A stretch of DNA of 64,000 nt, taken from assembly GCA_047495785.1 (NCBI GenBank), contig JBLDXI010000032.1, positions 124,001-188,000 of the forward strand, given 5' to 3'. Below, one piece after another: positions 36,085 through 49,083 of the stretch. Within the stretch, counting starts at the first letter, position 1. Each line of letters opens with the position of its first letter. This DNA is from Lepidodermella squamata (Eukaryota; Animalia; Gastrotricha). The position numbers were made by a program, and so were the translations under genes. The notes under the pieces are model-generated. The model did no database searches, was not told the DNA's origin, and was given only the letters and a program-made list of their open reading frames with translations.

Positions 36085-38166
36085 TTTTAAATCAGCTGAA
36101 ATTCGAAAAAAAATTAATTAAATTTTAAAATAATTATTAAAAATATTAGAAATTGGATGGGAATTGGTCGAAAAATGGCTTTTATTGCTTTTAAACCGAT
36201 GTCTGCCATGAAGGGCCATTTTGCGTCTAGAAAATTCTCTGCGTAATTATTAGTTTTTGCGAGGTAATATTTTAGAAAAATACGTGTATTCACGCTATTT
36301 GTCGCGCATGTTTTAATAACATGAGTAAAAATTTGTGCGAGGATCAACAGAAAACGCCCAGCAATCTTGACATCGTCGTGTCTTCTTTTATTGTTCTGCG
36401 TATTATTATTATTATTACGTTATTTCGTGATTCACCTCTATATTCACGCGCTGTTATCGGCCATTCTTTTTGACCGAAAAATAATAACAATATGCCGCTT
36501 TTCTGCGGCTCAGGCGTCCATTATTATTATCGGCGAGCACGCAACAACTGCTGGGCAGCGCAGTGTTGTCAAAGGCCAAGCCTACTTGCGTTTGTTTTTC
36601 GCATGATGATGGCTACTTGCGGCTGATCGCACATTGTAGGTTTTCGGTAGATTTTCGCCCAGATGATGCCCGATGAAAAAAATGGCCGCTTGGAAAGGCG
36701 AAGCGCACCTGCAGTTTTCAGGGCAAAATTGTGGCCAGGATGACCTTTGAACCAAGCCTAAAAAAATACCCGAAAAAAACTAAGAAAAACGTCATGAAAA
36801 AACCTGGATTAACGGTTAAATAAGAGAAAAATGTTGTTTCCAGCGAGCAATGTAATTGATTGAAAATAATGAAAAATACTACAACCTTTTATTGTAGAGA
36901 CATTATCTTTGCACGCCAAAAGTCTCTGCTTCAAGTAAAAATCTTAAATATTATGGAAAAATCAGGATGCTCAACTCTTGTTTTAGAGATCGCGAGTATC
37001 CAAACCATCCAGCCTTGACATTCAATTGCGAATTCGATTGCGGACCTTGTCTTTGCCCTAATCCCCACTTTCGATGGGTCCAAGGTGTTGCATTATATGG
37101 TACCTGGGTCCTCATGAAATGCAAAATTTTATATAACGGTCGCGCTGAGTGATGCGGGTTTCCTTAATCCGTAATTCCGCGGAATTCAATAAAACGCTAC
37201 TAAATATTTTCATCAGAATCTTTTAGCGGAACCAAATCGCCTGCAGCGAAACCAAATGGCAAGCGTATAAAAGGTGCCATGTAGATCTTGGCTACGACGC
37301 GTTCGAAAGTTGAGGATCAGGCCTTGCGCAAAAAAATCACGGAGAATTTTAGCGTAATACTTTAATTTATTAATTAAAAACGTGAAATTCCGGAAAAAAT
37401 TCAGATTTGGGAAAATTAATTCGAAATTTGGTTCCACGGCATGATATTTTAGTCCCGCTAAAAGCAAGACCCTTTTCATCTTGCTCTCGAATTTTTCGGA
37501 CTTCGGAATTCTAATGGTCGCAATCAAGAATGATGCAAAAAATAAAAAATTGGAGTAGGTATATATAGATATATAGGATTATATAGATATTGGAGTAGGT
37601 AGATAAATAAAAAAAAATCATTTACCGTTCAATTTTTTACAACAAAAATTGTCATAGATATCGGGCAGTATAACCGCGATTCTTTGCACTCTTCAAATTC
37701 ACTCTTTCCAATCTCTCAAATGTTTTAAGTTCAGAATTAGGACTCGAGTGTATACTTGCCGCCTTATCCAAATTAAAAACGCGACAGGGGAAAAATATAT
37801 GGCCAGGGATTTATTCTGGATTGTCAGTCAATTAAAAGTTAAAACTTTCAGCTATTTCTGTCTCGGTGTCACTATCCTACCAGTCAGCACCGATTCCTAT
37901 TTAATTCAACATTGCAATAATTTCTCATTTTCAGTCATGCATCTGCCCCGAATAATTAAGGCGTTCACCTCGGTCGACAAAAAAATTATTGAATTATTTA
38001 AAGATTTTATTTCTTTTTCATTTCGAACAATTTTTCGAACAGTCAAATTTCGCAATTAACAATAAATTCGTTGTGGTCATTCTTCAGTCATAACAAGCAA
38101 CTTTTTAACAAACACATAATAAGTAAAAATAGAAAGACATAATTTCTGAACAATTTATACAATTTA

Positions 38167-41008
38167 TCAAACGCAAATCTTCGATGCAGGAAACAGATAG
38201 CAATGGGCTGATAGCAGCCGCGTCGCATCATCGTTGAATTTCGGATGTTTCGCGACATTAATCACATTGTCAAACACCTGCAACGGCGCGTCTGAATCGG
38301 CGCGGTCGACGAGTTTCGAATAGGAAAACGTAACTTGATCAGCTAAATTCGTTTCATCAACCGCAACGGGCAAAAATTCAAGATGAGAATGCAGGGTGTC
38401 TACGACTGTCATCTTGCGGCCAACGATAGCTTCAATCAAATACCCAACAGTACAATCGTCCGGGAGGCGAATTTTCGCCGAAATTCGCTCGAAACCGCCG
38501 TCGATAATTAACGGCTCAATTTTCGCCATTAACCCGGCGCTGAGGCAAAAACCGGCGCCGCCAGTTGCGAAATTGAATGATTCACCGCTGGGCAGCCGCA
38601 TCGGTTTGTCGAGCGACGGCCGGCCGATATAAATCTCAGATTTGTGGTTGTAGCCGCGCAGGAGTTGAACAAGTTTTGGGACGTTGACATAGGTATCATC
38701 ATCGAAATGGCAGAACCATCTGGCTGATGTCGCCACGGCGTAGAAGGCCGTGAGTTCGCGCGCCATTTTGCAGGCCAGCGCCGATCGGGTGTGTTCGGCG
38801 GCACAGTCGGTAACAACAAAGGCGCCATCTATTATTGCAATAAAACAAACATGAGATTAAATTGCGTTGTAATATAGGTAAGTTATATTATTATTGTTTG
38901 GCATACCTCGAGAGGTTTACGCCATACCTAATACACAACAGGATTATCTTACAAGACGCCGCGCGCGGTCTTTGAGCGTCGCGCGTCTCACGGGTCCTCG
39001 ACCGTGAGCGGGTTCCTTCTTCGGGCACCCCTGGATAGCATCTTCACGGCGCATATGAAAAAGCGGCGCGCGGCTGAAAGTGACACGACCTTTCTAATAA
39101 TAACGAAAGCGCTCTCTGTCACTCTGGCGATGATGCGAAACACGATACGTACGCAGATGATGATGATGATGGCTCATGATGACCGCAGATTTTATTGCAC
39201 CCGGGCTAATCATCATCACCTCTCGGGTGACTACAGGGTGACCAAAACTCGCAACGAAAAATGAGAGCTGAAAATAATTTAGCGCGCGAAAAACAATTTG
39301 ACCAGAAATTTTTTTATTCCGAATTCATTTCTCAATTTTTTCCGATAAAACCAATTTAAATTAATGAACTATTATCAATAAATTTAATAATCCAAATGTG
39401 AGCAAGAAAAAAATTATTCCGAATTCAATTCACAATTTTTTTAGATTTTTTCAATTTTTTCAAATTATTTCATAAATTTTAAATGAATAATTAATTTTTC
39501 AAATACCTAATTACTAAACAACAGAAATAGTGTCGTAATTTTTTACTTAACCAAATAATTAATGCTTATTCCAACTTGATCATTTAATTATTTTCAGTAA
39601 TTACTTAGTTTTTCACGAAATAAATTTTTGAATTTTGAGGCAGAAAATGGCTGACCTACTTCTTGATGAGCGGCACTCGATAGTGTCGCATATCGTGGCC
39701 GGCATGAACCCGGTTTTTAATTACACGCGGGTCATTCATCATGCCGCTCGGGTGACATCACCCAGGTGATGATCTTAATCCCGCGCGCTTCTCAATTTCA
39801 CCGAAATAATAATAATAATTAATTATTCACGGTAATAAAATTCGCGCGCGCGAGTGTGGGAATGAGAGCGGATTTATAGCAACAATCGCTCGACGTGTTT
39901 TATTGTGTGGAAAGCTGCCCTGTCACCTGAGCCAGCCTTGCGTGAGAGGTGTCGCACTTGTTCTCATCGTAACTCATCACTCGTGCCAACGGCTCTCTAT
40001 ATTTTTCAGGGTTCGAGTCTTATTGAGAAGGCAGTTGAAGTGTGAAGATGGGCTAGTTGTAACGTGCCGATAAGGTGGTGTTCTCTACAGGTGGTTACAC
40101 AACGATCCAGCGCGCCCATTATTGCATGTCCTTTTTCTATATATCTCGGGCGCAATCTCTGCTGGTGACCTGCCTAATATTACAACAGGGTGTTGATAAC
40201 ATCATTGCCTCGTAATGGGGCCTCTTCAACAGCCTGGGAACGAAGAAATAGTTCCCAAGATCTGAGAAGTATAAATAAATAAATTTGGCACGAAGAGTAC
40301 ACATGCGCACCGGTGGGAACGGGTATTTGCCGAGGCCGCCGAGCGAGCCGGGTTCCGCAACCCCGCTAGTGCGCGAGCATGGGAATGCAAACAGTTTCAA
40401 GTGCGTCAACAAACGCGCGTTAATAACTATGTAACGGCTAAAGATTAAATTTTATTGGTCCTCACCTCGTGATTGCAGGCGATTCCTGATTGATTCATCA
40501 TCGGCATCCGTAAAAATGTGGGTCTGAAAAGGAAAAAAAAAGGAAAAATTCATATTAAATTATTAAGGAGGAATTTTTCATCACAAAATTAGAATAATAA
40601 TTTTTTTTAATAATTTTAAAAATTAATATTTACCTGGTCTTTGGCTTGTTCAATCCATGTGTCCATGAGTAATTCCAAACGAGATTGGTGAAATTTTTTC
40701 GTCGATTTTACCGCAAGAAATAAGTCGTTCAGCTGCGTTTGTTCGTGCGGCCACAGTGCGTCGTAGCTCGCCATAACGAAATTTTTCATCGTCGGAACGA
40801 GCAATAAAACAACGGCGAGTTGGATGAGCGCAACGGCGCAAAAAATCGCGAGAAATCTCGCGCACCAAAAGCGAACGGACCGCGGCGTTGATTGCTTTTC
40901 GTTGTTGATTAACAAAATTGTCGATCCGGTGAAAATTTCCGCTGGCATGCTGATAACGTAGTCGGTTTTTTCAGTAGCTGTTGTCGTAAATTTGTCACTT
41001 GCGGCCAT
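38167..41008 (-). CDS. fng: Fringe beta-1,3-N-acetylglucosaminyltransferase (Notch modifier), about 364 aa
   Basis: Exons 40634-41008, 40466-40523 and 38167-38828 join in frame; type II TM helix, DLFLAVKSTKKFHQSRL, WFCHFDDDTYVN (DxD), FATGGAGFCLS, LPDDCTVGY, HSHLE. Confidence 0.93.
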
Positions 41009-41724
41009 TGCGGTCGAGGTAGGAAAAACAAGCGGCGTTAACAAAATGCCTCACGGCGTTGAATAATAAGATAATTTCAGGTAGTTGTTAATAATGGCTC
41101 GCTGTAAAAACAGTGATAACTTGAGTTAACGTGATATGCGCGTCTTTGCGAGTGCGTGGGCGGAGCTTAGCGCAGATAAGCCGCCGGCCAATAGGATGCG
41201 CGCTTGCTATTACCAGGCACTGTGTGTGTGTTTGTGTGAGAGCAGCGAGGCTAGTGTAAACAAACAAACTTGACAGGGGCAGAAAAATTTTATCACCAGG
41301 TTGTGCCAACATTCAAGTGGCGCAGATATTTCGCTGCTGGGTGGGCCATAGCCGTGTTGATACGGCCGCTGAAGGGGCTTAATCCTGTGTGGCCACCCAG
41401 GTTCAAATGAATTTCATTTGCGGCGGCAATTACGGCAACTCGACCGGGCGCACCATTCCGCGATAAGCCGCGTCGACGATGGGCTCCGAGGCCCGGCCTA
41501 TTTGCGCGGCTAACAGTGCCTAATGGCATCATGTGTTATCGCCCTCTTCACGGCTTTAGCTGGAATATTTAGCTACCAAGTCAACTAACTGATGGGGACT
41601 GGATTCCTCGAGGCCTTGAAAGATACGGTTTAATATAGGATTAAAACAAGACAGAAGCGAAAGATAACGAAAACGTAGAAAAAGTGCCACCAGCGAAAAA
41701 TGTAGTAAATGGGTCTCAATTATT

Positions 41725-44700
41725 CTCGGGGTGTCTCATGAGTTTGTTGAAAATGTAGCGGTAAAATATAAGGTTTTCTAGTATCCAGCCTGATTCTGAA
41801 AATATCGCGATAACAAAAGATGAATAATTTGATTAGATTCTTCATCCGCAAAATGGATGGATTGAATGAATGAAATTCATGAATCAACACAAAATCAAAT
41901 ACAAAATTTTTCAAATAGCTACAATTAATTCGGAACACCTTCTTTTTTTGAAAAAAATGAATGGTGACGCGAGCCAATTTTTTCGCTAAAAATTTGTTGA
42001 GTCGAAAAATCAGATGTGTATAATTTTGAGTTCCACTCATTCGAGCTTTGAATTTTTTGAATTTTGCGGATATTATATCATATATTTTTCCTCGATTCAG
42101 GCCGCTGAAATCAAACTCTATTAAATATACCTATAAGATTTAACTGTCTTCTTCGGGTTTCTCCGCGAATGGCTCGGAAATAATCAATATTTTACGCGGA
42201 TCGGATATTTCATAATCGATTTCAGTTATTTTTCAATCGATTAACATTCTTGCGTAATATAGAATCCCCTGACCAGTGATCATAAAACTGCTTATCATTT
42301 TTTTTGGGTCATCGGATTTTTTCCCTTAATTTTATTGGGTTGCTTGTTGGGTTACCTTGACAACAGCTGCGTGGAAAATTCGTTTTTGATATGGGAAAAT
42401 CATTAATTCAGGAAATTCCACTGATCATTCCACTAACTTTACAGTCAGAGACATTTCGCCAGTCACTCTCCTGGATCTAAAAAATGAGACCAATTTGTGC
42501 TGTTTTTTATTTAATTTCATAAAGTGAATAATTATTTGAATGTGGAAATTAGGGACCGAAAAGATCGCAATATGGACCGATTATGGACTTTTTCGAAGCC
42601 CAGAAAAAGCCTCTAATCTAAAGCGTTGAAAAAATAACAAGAATTTTCACGCTCAAAGGGCATGATCGTCTCAATCGCTGGTCGGCATGTGATAGCGACA
42701 AAGAAAAATCTTTCAATCGGACATTTTTCTGCGTTGTACGCAACCTCCTTGTATTTATTTATTTATGGTTTTAGTTTTTAGTCCACGAAGAAAAAGAATC
42801 GCATGCATCAATAATCAGTTTAAGCTTACCAATATGGCCTACCGATTTCTAAACAGTGGAATAGCCTTTGAGCCAAAATAATGATAAGGGATCAAAATAG
42901 CATATTTATAATGCAAGTTTCTCAATCATTATCATCAACAGTAAATTAAGTTGATCAAGTCCGCGGCTTGGAGTTGAGCAAAGTTCTGCTTTTAAGCTAA
43001 ACACCTTGGTAGCATTGGTTAGGATCCGAGTACGGCGGCGACTGGCCATCGGAGACCTGAAAAAGAGACATTTTTGAAATCTCAAGGCTTCAGACTTCAC
43101 CGCGGCAAAAAAACCTCGGATGGCGCGCGGCAGCCGAAATCGGCACGTCGACAATCGGCAAACGGCTTGTTCGGAGCATTCCGATAACAGCGAACGTATT
43201 TCTGCGAGGGCAAAACCGTAACATTATTTATAGGCATCTCTGAAATTCAGTAAGTGGCATATACCCAGTTCAGGTCAGCTCGATGGTTGCAGGCGAGGAG
43301 ATTGCGACCAAAATACGCGAAACCATTGTACAGCGGCGACTAAGAAATTGTTGCAAAGCCATAAAGTTTGATTTTCAGATAAAAATTCCTTACGATTTTT
43401 GTCTCATTTGCCAGGCAGCCTTGGTCGCCAGCAATGCATCGGAAAGTGGAGCCGCTGACGCATTATCTTACGTTCTGCAAAATGAAACTAGGTAGGCGCT
43501 ACTAGCAATCAGAAAATCAACTCACGCCCTTGTCACAGGTGTCCGTATAACGAGCTTTCCATTCCTTGAACGGAGTTTCGCCTTCACGGCAGTACGGCCT
43601 GCAGGCTTCGAATTGCCCAGTTTTCGTAATGATGCATCGATAAACCAATTTAGCTAGCAAATAAATAAACTTATATCAGCAGATGAAAGTTGATTTTCCA
43701 AGTTGGGATTTCTAGTGTTAAGAACAGACAAGCCCTCGGTGTCGTACAACAATTGCCTGACGAAAAATTCCTGTCATACTTCTCGAAATGCGAACTGAAC
43801 CTCTTGATCAAGCAACCGAAATAATTCGAGCTAGAAACGTTAAGGAAATGCCAGCGGACTAGATTTTGGATTTAAAAACAAGAAAACTGGGTTCCGAAAA
43901 CGTAGCTAATTTCTATTCGCTTGAAAATGTTCATTGATGAATAGCAAGGGCCCTAATTTCGAACTTGGTAAAAACCCCAACCTAGCAGTCTGCGTTGGAG
44001 GTATTATAGCAAAAGTTGGAAAAAATAAATCGTGTGCTCAACTTACTACAGCTTTTGACGCTATCAACGCCTTGGCATTCGGCATAGGCGCCACTAGAAT
44101 CCAGGCACTGCAAACCAGTGTACCCCGGACTTCTACACGCATTTCCAGCCGCATTGAAATCGCCTCTCGGTACCAAAATGTAAAAAACTGAATTCGAGGA
44201 ATTCCACCGCGAACAAGTTTCGCCCGTAGTTGTTTTCGAAAGAGAGCCTTCATAGTCGACCAAGTTCTTCGTGATTGCGCATTCCCGGTTCAATTCGGTC
44301 GCTTTCACGCCTGGACACGTTGCGTAAACTGTAAGTGTGGCGCTCCCGCCTGTTTTATGGAGGTTGAAGACCACCAAGGCTTGATTCTTGTTTGTCACGA
44401 AAACGCGTCCGGAAAATGTGGTGGCCACGCAGAACCTAAATTTGAAAATGCAAAGCTTCAACTGCACGTCGCTCTGTCGCAGCCAACGTTACCTGAATCC
44501 AGGATAACCCTCGGGTCCTAGATCTCTGATGAGAACAAAGTTGAGACAATCCAAACCATCTAGAAAATATTATGCGTGTTTGTTTCAAGTAAAACTGGTA
44601 TAATCACTGACTGTATCTTTCCAGTCGTCCTGGCCGTTCGGGGAAACCAAACACTAGTCCGCTTGTGTTACCCTAGCGGCATATAAAAAGTAGCGCGTTT

Positions 44701-47350
44701 GACATGGACAATATTCCTACCGTTTTAACAATCCATGAACAGCTCGAATTGAGATCGCTGGGGCTAGCGATATCAACTGTAGTACAAGGCGGAACGTAGA
44801 TTTCGCCGGAACAGCCGTTTGCCGGATCCGTCGGGAATGGAATGTCGCAAGAATCACCGCCAAGGCCAGGCGGGCACAAGCATTTTGTGCAGTTGACGCT
44901 CGGATTAGGATAGCCTCCATTTTTGCATGTGATTGTCGGGTTTTTGCACGGAGCTGAGTCTGTCAAAATAATACACGGAGACATTCATTTTGCGTATATA
45001 CAGCGTGTCTCATAATAAGTAACGCAAACAAAGAGAACTACCCCACTTGGGCATTTCCCATTTGGGCATTAAATGTTGTTAATTATGACTCAAAAATGAA
45101 AAACCAGTCGCCTAATCCGACATGTTTCAGCTTTTATTCAGCCGTCTTCAGGGTCTGACAACAAGTAAGGAAATCAACAATCAAGTTTCGAGGCTAATAT
45201 TAAAACAAGTTTACCAATTTTGTCACCAATCGTTTTTCGTGTAAGTATCAAAAATATATCAATTTGATACTTGATATTAAGTAATACTATATAGGAAGTT
45301 TATTAATGTTTCATTTAATATCAAGCATGTAGAAAAAATGTGGTAATTCATAGTTGATCGAGCCTAGGTTGACGGTTGTCAAACATGTTGTATTACCTGT
45401 GTTATTACATGGTTGACAAAAAATATCAACCATGTATTACCGCTGTTAATTCATGGTAGAAACCCGAATTAAACGACAAATCAGACCGAGTTAACTCCCT
45501 CCAAAATTACTCCCGGAGTTCATTTTTGCTAGTAAGTATCAACTCCGAGGATATCAATCCTTGAAAAGATATTATTTAATTTCTTTAAATTATTTCAATT
45601 GGGAATTGAACTAAAGAAAACTAGGAATTCACTTGAATAATCAAAATAATATAAGTTATTAACGCCGCGAGGCGCTTTGCACCAGAAACCTTTGGGCGAC
45701 CTCTACGACGCGGGGTGTGTTGTCCGCGAGCTTCGGGTTCGGCAACAAAGGGACAAAGGGCTCCCGTTAGTGTGGTAGAAGAGAGTGATGACACCAAAGT
45801 TGTCCTCGCACTTGTTCGGCCGAATTATATGAAGCTTGTAAGTTAGCTTTCGTGTTAGCTTCTTGCTAGCTTAACCACGTGACTTCAATCAATTCGGTTT
45901 CGGTGTCGTATACTTAATGGGAAATTTAACGAGTGTGTTTAATTGGTGGTTTAAATTAGCAAGCAGTGTTTTATTCGATCAAAAAAAAGCAAACTAGCAC
46001 CGGCCATCGTCTTTAGGCGCGTCCTGGATTATTTTTGAATCAACATAATAAATACAGACAAATATATATGTATACATACACGTGCATAACATATAGTTAC
46101 AATATAAGTTATAATACATAATATAAAGTTATAATAATAAATATCCGTTGAGCATTTTTGCTCAATTGCTAAACCTGTGCTCAATTTGCTCAACGCGTGC
46201 TAAAGCAGTGCACAATTTGCGCTCAATTCGTGAACAACTAGAGCCTAACCGGAGGATGAATCATCAAAAAGTGCTCAAAATGTGCTCAAAATGTGCTCAA
46301 AATGTGCTTAAAACGTCGTATGACACGCGTTGAGCACACCAATAATTATTGAAAATATGCCCTGTCATCGATCAGTCAATTTCTGGTTCCGATAATAACC
46401 CGATACCGGTGGCGCAACCGATTCGATTGCAGGCGTTGGTGGTCAAAGTCACTGGTTCGATTCCCCGTCACTACTGATTTTTTTAATGGGCTTTTAGTTT
46501 TTTTTACTTTCCTTAAATTTTAATGGCACATGGCAATACTGCCGATACCCGAAACTGGCTGTTTGCGAAAAAAAACGGCCAATGCCGGCAGTGATGCCTA
46601 CTGCCAATACGGCAAAATATAAAAAATCCACTTTAAATCGATTGATTTTGTGATTGATTTTCATAGCGAACCAGTGGCGCAATCGATTCGATTGCAGGCG
46701 TTGGTGGTCAAAGTCACTGGTTCGATTCCCGGCCCTGACGGATTTTTCTGAATTTCTTTCTAATTTTTAAAAATTCGACTGCTCAACGAGTGCTAAAAGC
46801 AAAAATTGATGATTGCACAATGGGTGCGTAAACCCTGCACAAAGTGCTCAACGTTCGCTACTCGAATGCTTAATGAATGCTTAATGAGTGGTAAATGACT
46901 GCTCAATGACTGCACAATCGCCTTAAGGTTGCACAATGACTGCACAACGAAATGCTTAACATTGCAAAATTATATTGAGCACGGGAAATAATTCTGCTCA
47001 ACGAATGCTCAACGGATAAATAAGTTTTAAAGGTGGAATTATTATTCCGATTATTATGCTATTTTCACAAGGGTGTGCCTGTACACCCCAAAACCAAAAA
47101 GTGGCTCCAGATAGTGCGCATTTGGGAATAAGATTCCACTCTCTAGAACTCCTCGATTCATTTGGCTGCGCCAAACTCACTCGGGGTTCCAGATTGGGGG
47201 GCTAGCCGTAGAGTATTACCTTATTTATCTCTTAAATTATCGTTTATCGTTTCAATATTTCCGGAGAGAGTGGATTTTACCGGCGGAAAAAATTGCACAC
47301 GGAGTTGAAATTAACCGGAATTATTGACTCCGGAGTTAATATTTTCGAGG
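41725..47350 (+). repeat. Segmental direct duplication, copy 1 (partner at 59470-63720)
   Basis: Long near-identical blocks, e.g. 42620-42760 vs 59755-59900, 43110-43700 vs 60255-60850, 44030-45070 vs 61520-62560 and 47100-47350 vs 63478-63718. Confidence 0.92.
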
Positions 47351-49083
47351 AGTTAATATAATCTGCATGATGTAAATTATCTGTATGTAAAAATGCTGTT
47401 TTTTCGAGAATTTTTAAGGCAGAGACCGTTGGGACTAAGGCGATGAAACTTGGCAAAATGTTAGATCTCAACCATAGCTCTAACTCTATTCTCAATGATC
47501 TCAACGATATATATTTTTTTTATTTACAAAACAATGTTCAGCCCTGATTTAAGCGATCTTGTGGCAGGCCTAGAGTGTTAATTTCACGCTTGAATAGATT
47601 AATGTTTGTACGCTGCGGGAATACGTTACGAGGGAGTTTATATATTCAGTAAAATTCCCAAGTAGTAGATCCCCATGGTTTCAGAGAAAAGCTGATTTGC
47701 GTGAAATGTTCAAACTAGTTCAAAGTTGTACCGGATTAGGGTACCCTATTTGTTCGAAACTTCACCAAAAATAAATGAACGGTGTTAGAATTTGGGAAAA
47801 AAAATTATAGAAATATCTAACTGAGGAAGGCTTCATCCTATTATCAATTGAAAACCGATTAAGAAGTCTTTCAAGGTACGATGACAAAAATGTCGCCAAA
47901 CCCCATTTTTCATTGTAAACGGTCAAATGACTGTACAAACTTATATGGGACAAGCTGTAAGTATTGTGCTCTACGATTTTAGGAATTATAAATTACACGC
48001 TACAAAATCGATTTATGATATTGAGGAAATACTTTGCTCACCAAAGCACTTGTATAGCGTGTTCAGCTTGATCGTGTCGAACAACGACAGCCAGGCAGAC
48101 TGGCCAACAGAAGCAACGTAGCGCCGATCAATCGGGTACATCCTGGGAAGCCTTATCCCACCTAGTCCTGCCATCGCCGGGTTGAAGAGCGACTCATAGT
48201 CAAAGGGCGTTGCGTTGTAGTAAGTTTGCGCTGGGTTGATGGGGAAACTGATAAAACAGAAAATTCCTTGTTTTGTTATTAATAATTTGAGAATTTTAAC
48301 ATGTCCTCGTAGCCAGGAAAAGGGACGAGGTATTGACCCCGATCTGGCCGTCTGAGCTCATATGTAAGTCCAAGGGCGTAGCCAATCTCTCTGATCGCCT
48401 CAGGGACCTATAATCCAAATGATTTCACTCAAATAATACCACGGTTATAATAAAAGATTGAAACTTGCTGCGTAAATAAAATCCGTATTGTCAGGGATGC
48501 TGTTAATTGCGACAACCCTCAGAGGATAAGAAGTTGAATGATAGCCACTTTGGTCTCTATACGTGTAATACAAATGGCAGATAACGAATCGCATCCTAGA
48601 AAACGCCAAAACTCACCCAAGATTTCCTATGAAGAGGATCGAGTTGGGCTCATTCAAACCGATGGATGATCTTTCCACAAAGCGTAAACAGGTAACCGAT
48701 TCAATATAATCTATGGCCTGCTTGTAAACCTGTCTGTCAAGCGGAGCTAATCAATCATGATGATACAATACATCAATTTTTTCAAACATTTTATCATTTA
48801 AGGTAACACAGATTAACTTACAGACATCAGAATTGCCGGGCCTATTTATATACCAGGTCCCATTGTTGAATGTATACGGGATAGGCAAGGGCCACGGCGT
48901 TGCAGGTGGCTTACCCGGTGAGAAGCCATCAAAAGTAGCCTGGTGCATTGTCAAATTAATCGATGGTACGTTCGGGTCCGCATTTTGGAATAAGAAAATT
49001 TCTGAATACTCGATATTGAGGTTAAAGCTCCACAGCACGCGGAGAATGCTGAACGTGTAAACAAGCGCAAAATATCGCGACAT
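42997..49083 (-). CDS. Astacin-like (M12A) multidomain protein, predicted catalytically inactive: astacin-EGF-CUB-kringle-like-Cys-rich; copy 1 with a premature stop in the C-terminal region
   Basis: Exons give WPLPIPY, TCLRFVER, REIGYALGLTYELRRPDR, PFDYESL and GQSAWLSLFDTIKLNTLYKC; 3.1-kb intron 44960-48041; EGF CKNGGYPNPSVNCTKCLCPPGLGGDSC; CUB; kringle-like DYEGSLSKTTTGETCSRW..NACRSP. The last exons are uncertain. Confidence 0.82.
46142..47018. mobile_element. Non-autonomous TIR element (MITE) in the astacin intron
   Basis: TIR tatccgttgagcatt (46142) / aatgctcaacggata (47004-47018); subterminal tgctcaa repeats; absent from duplication copy 2. Confidence 0.75.

Noticed and set aside
48140-48200. 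Suspected frameshift in the last astacin-domain exon
   Set aside because: Careful reading gives a continuous frame (SLFNPAMAGLGGIRLPRMYP)
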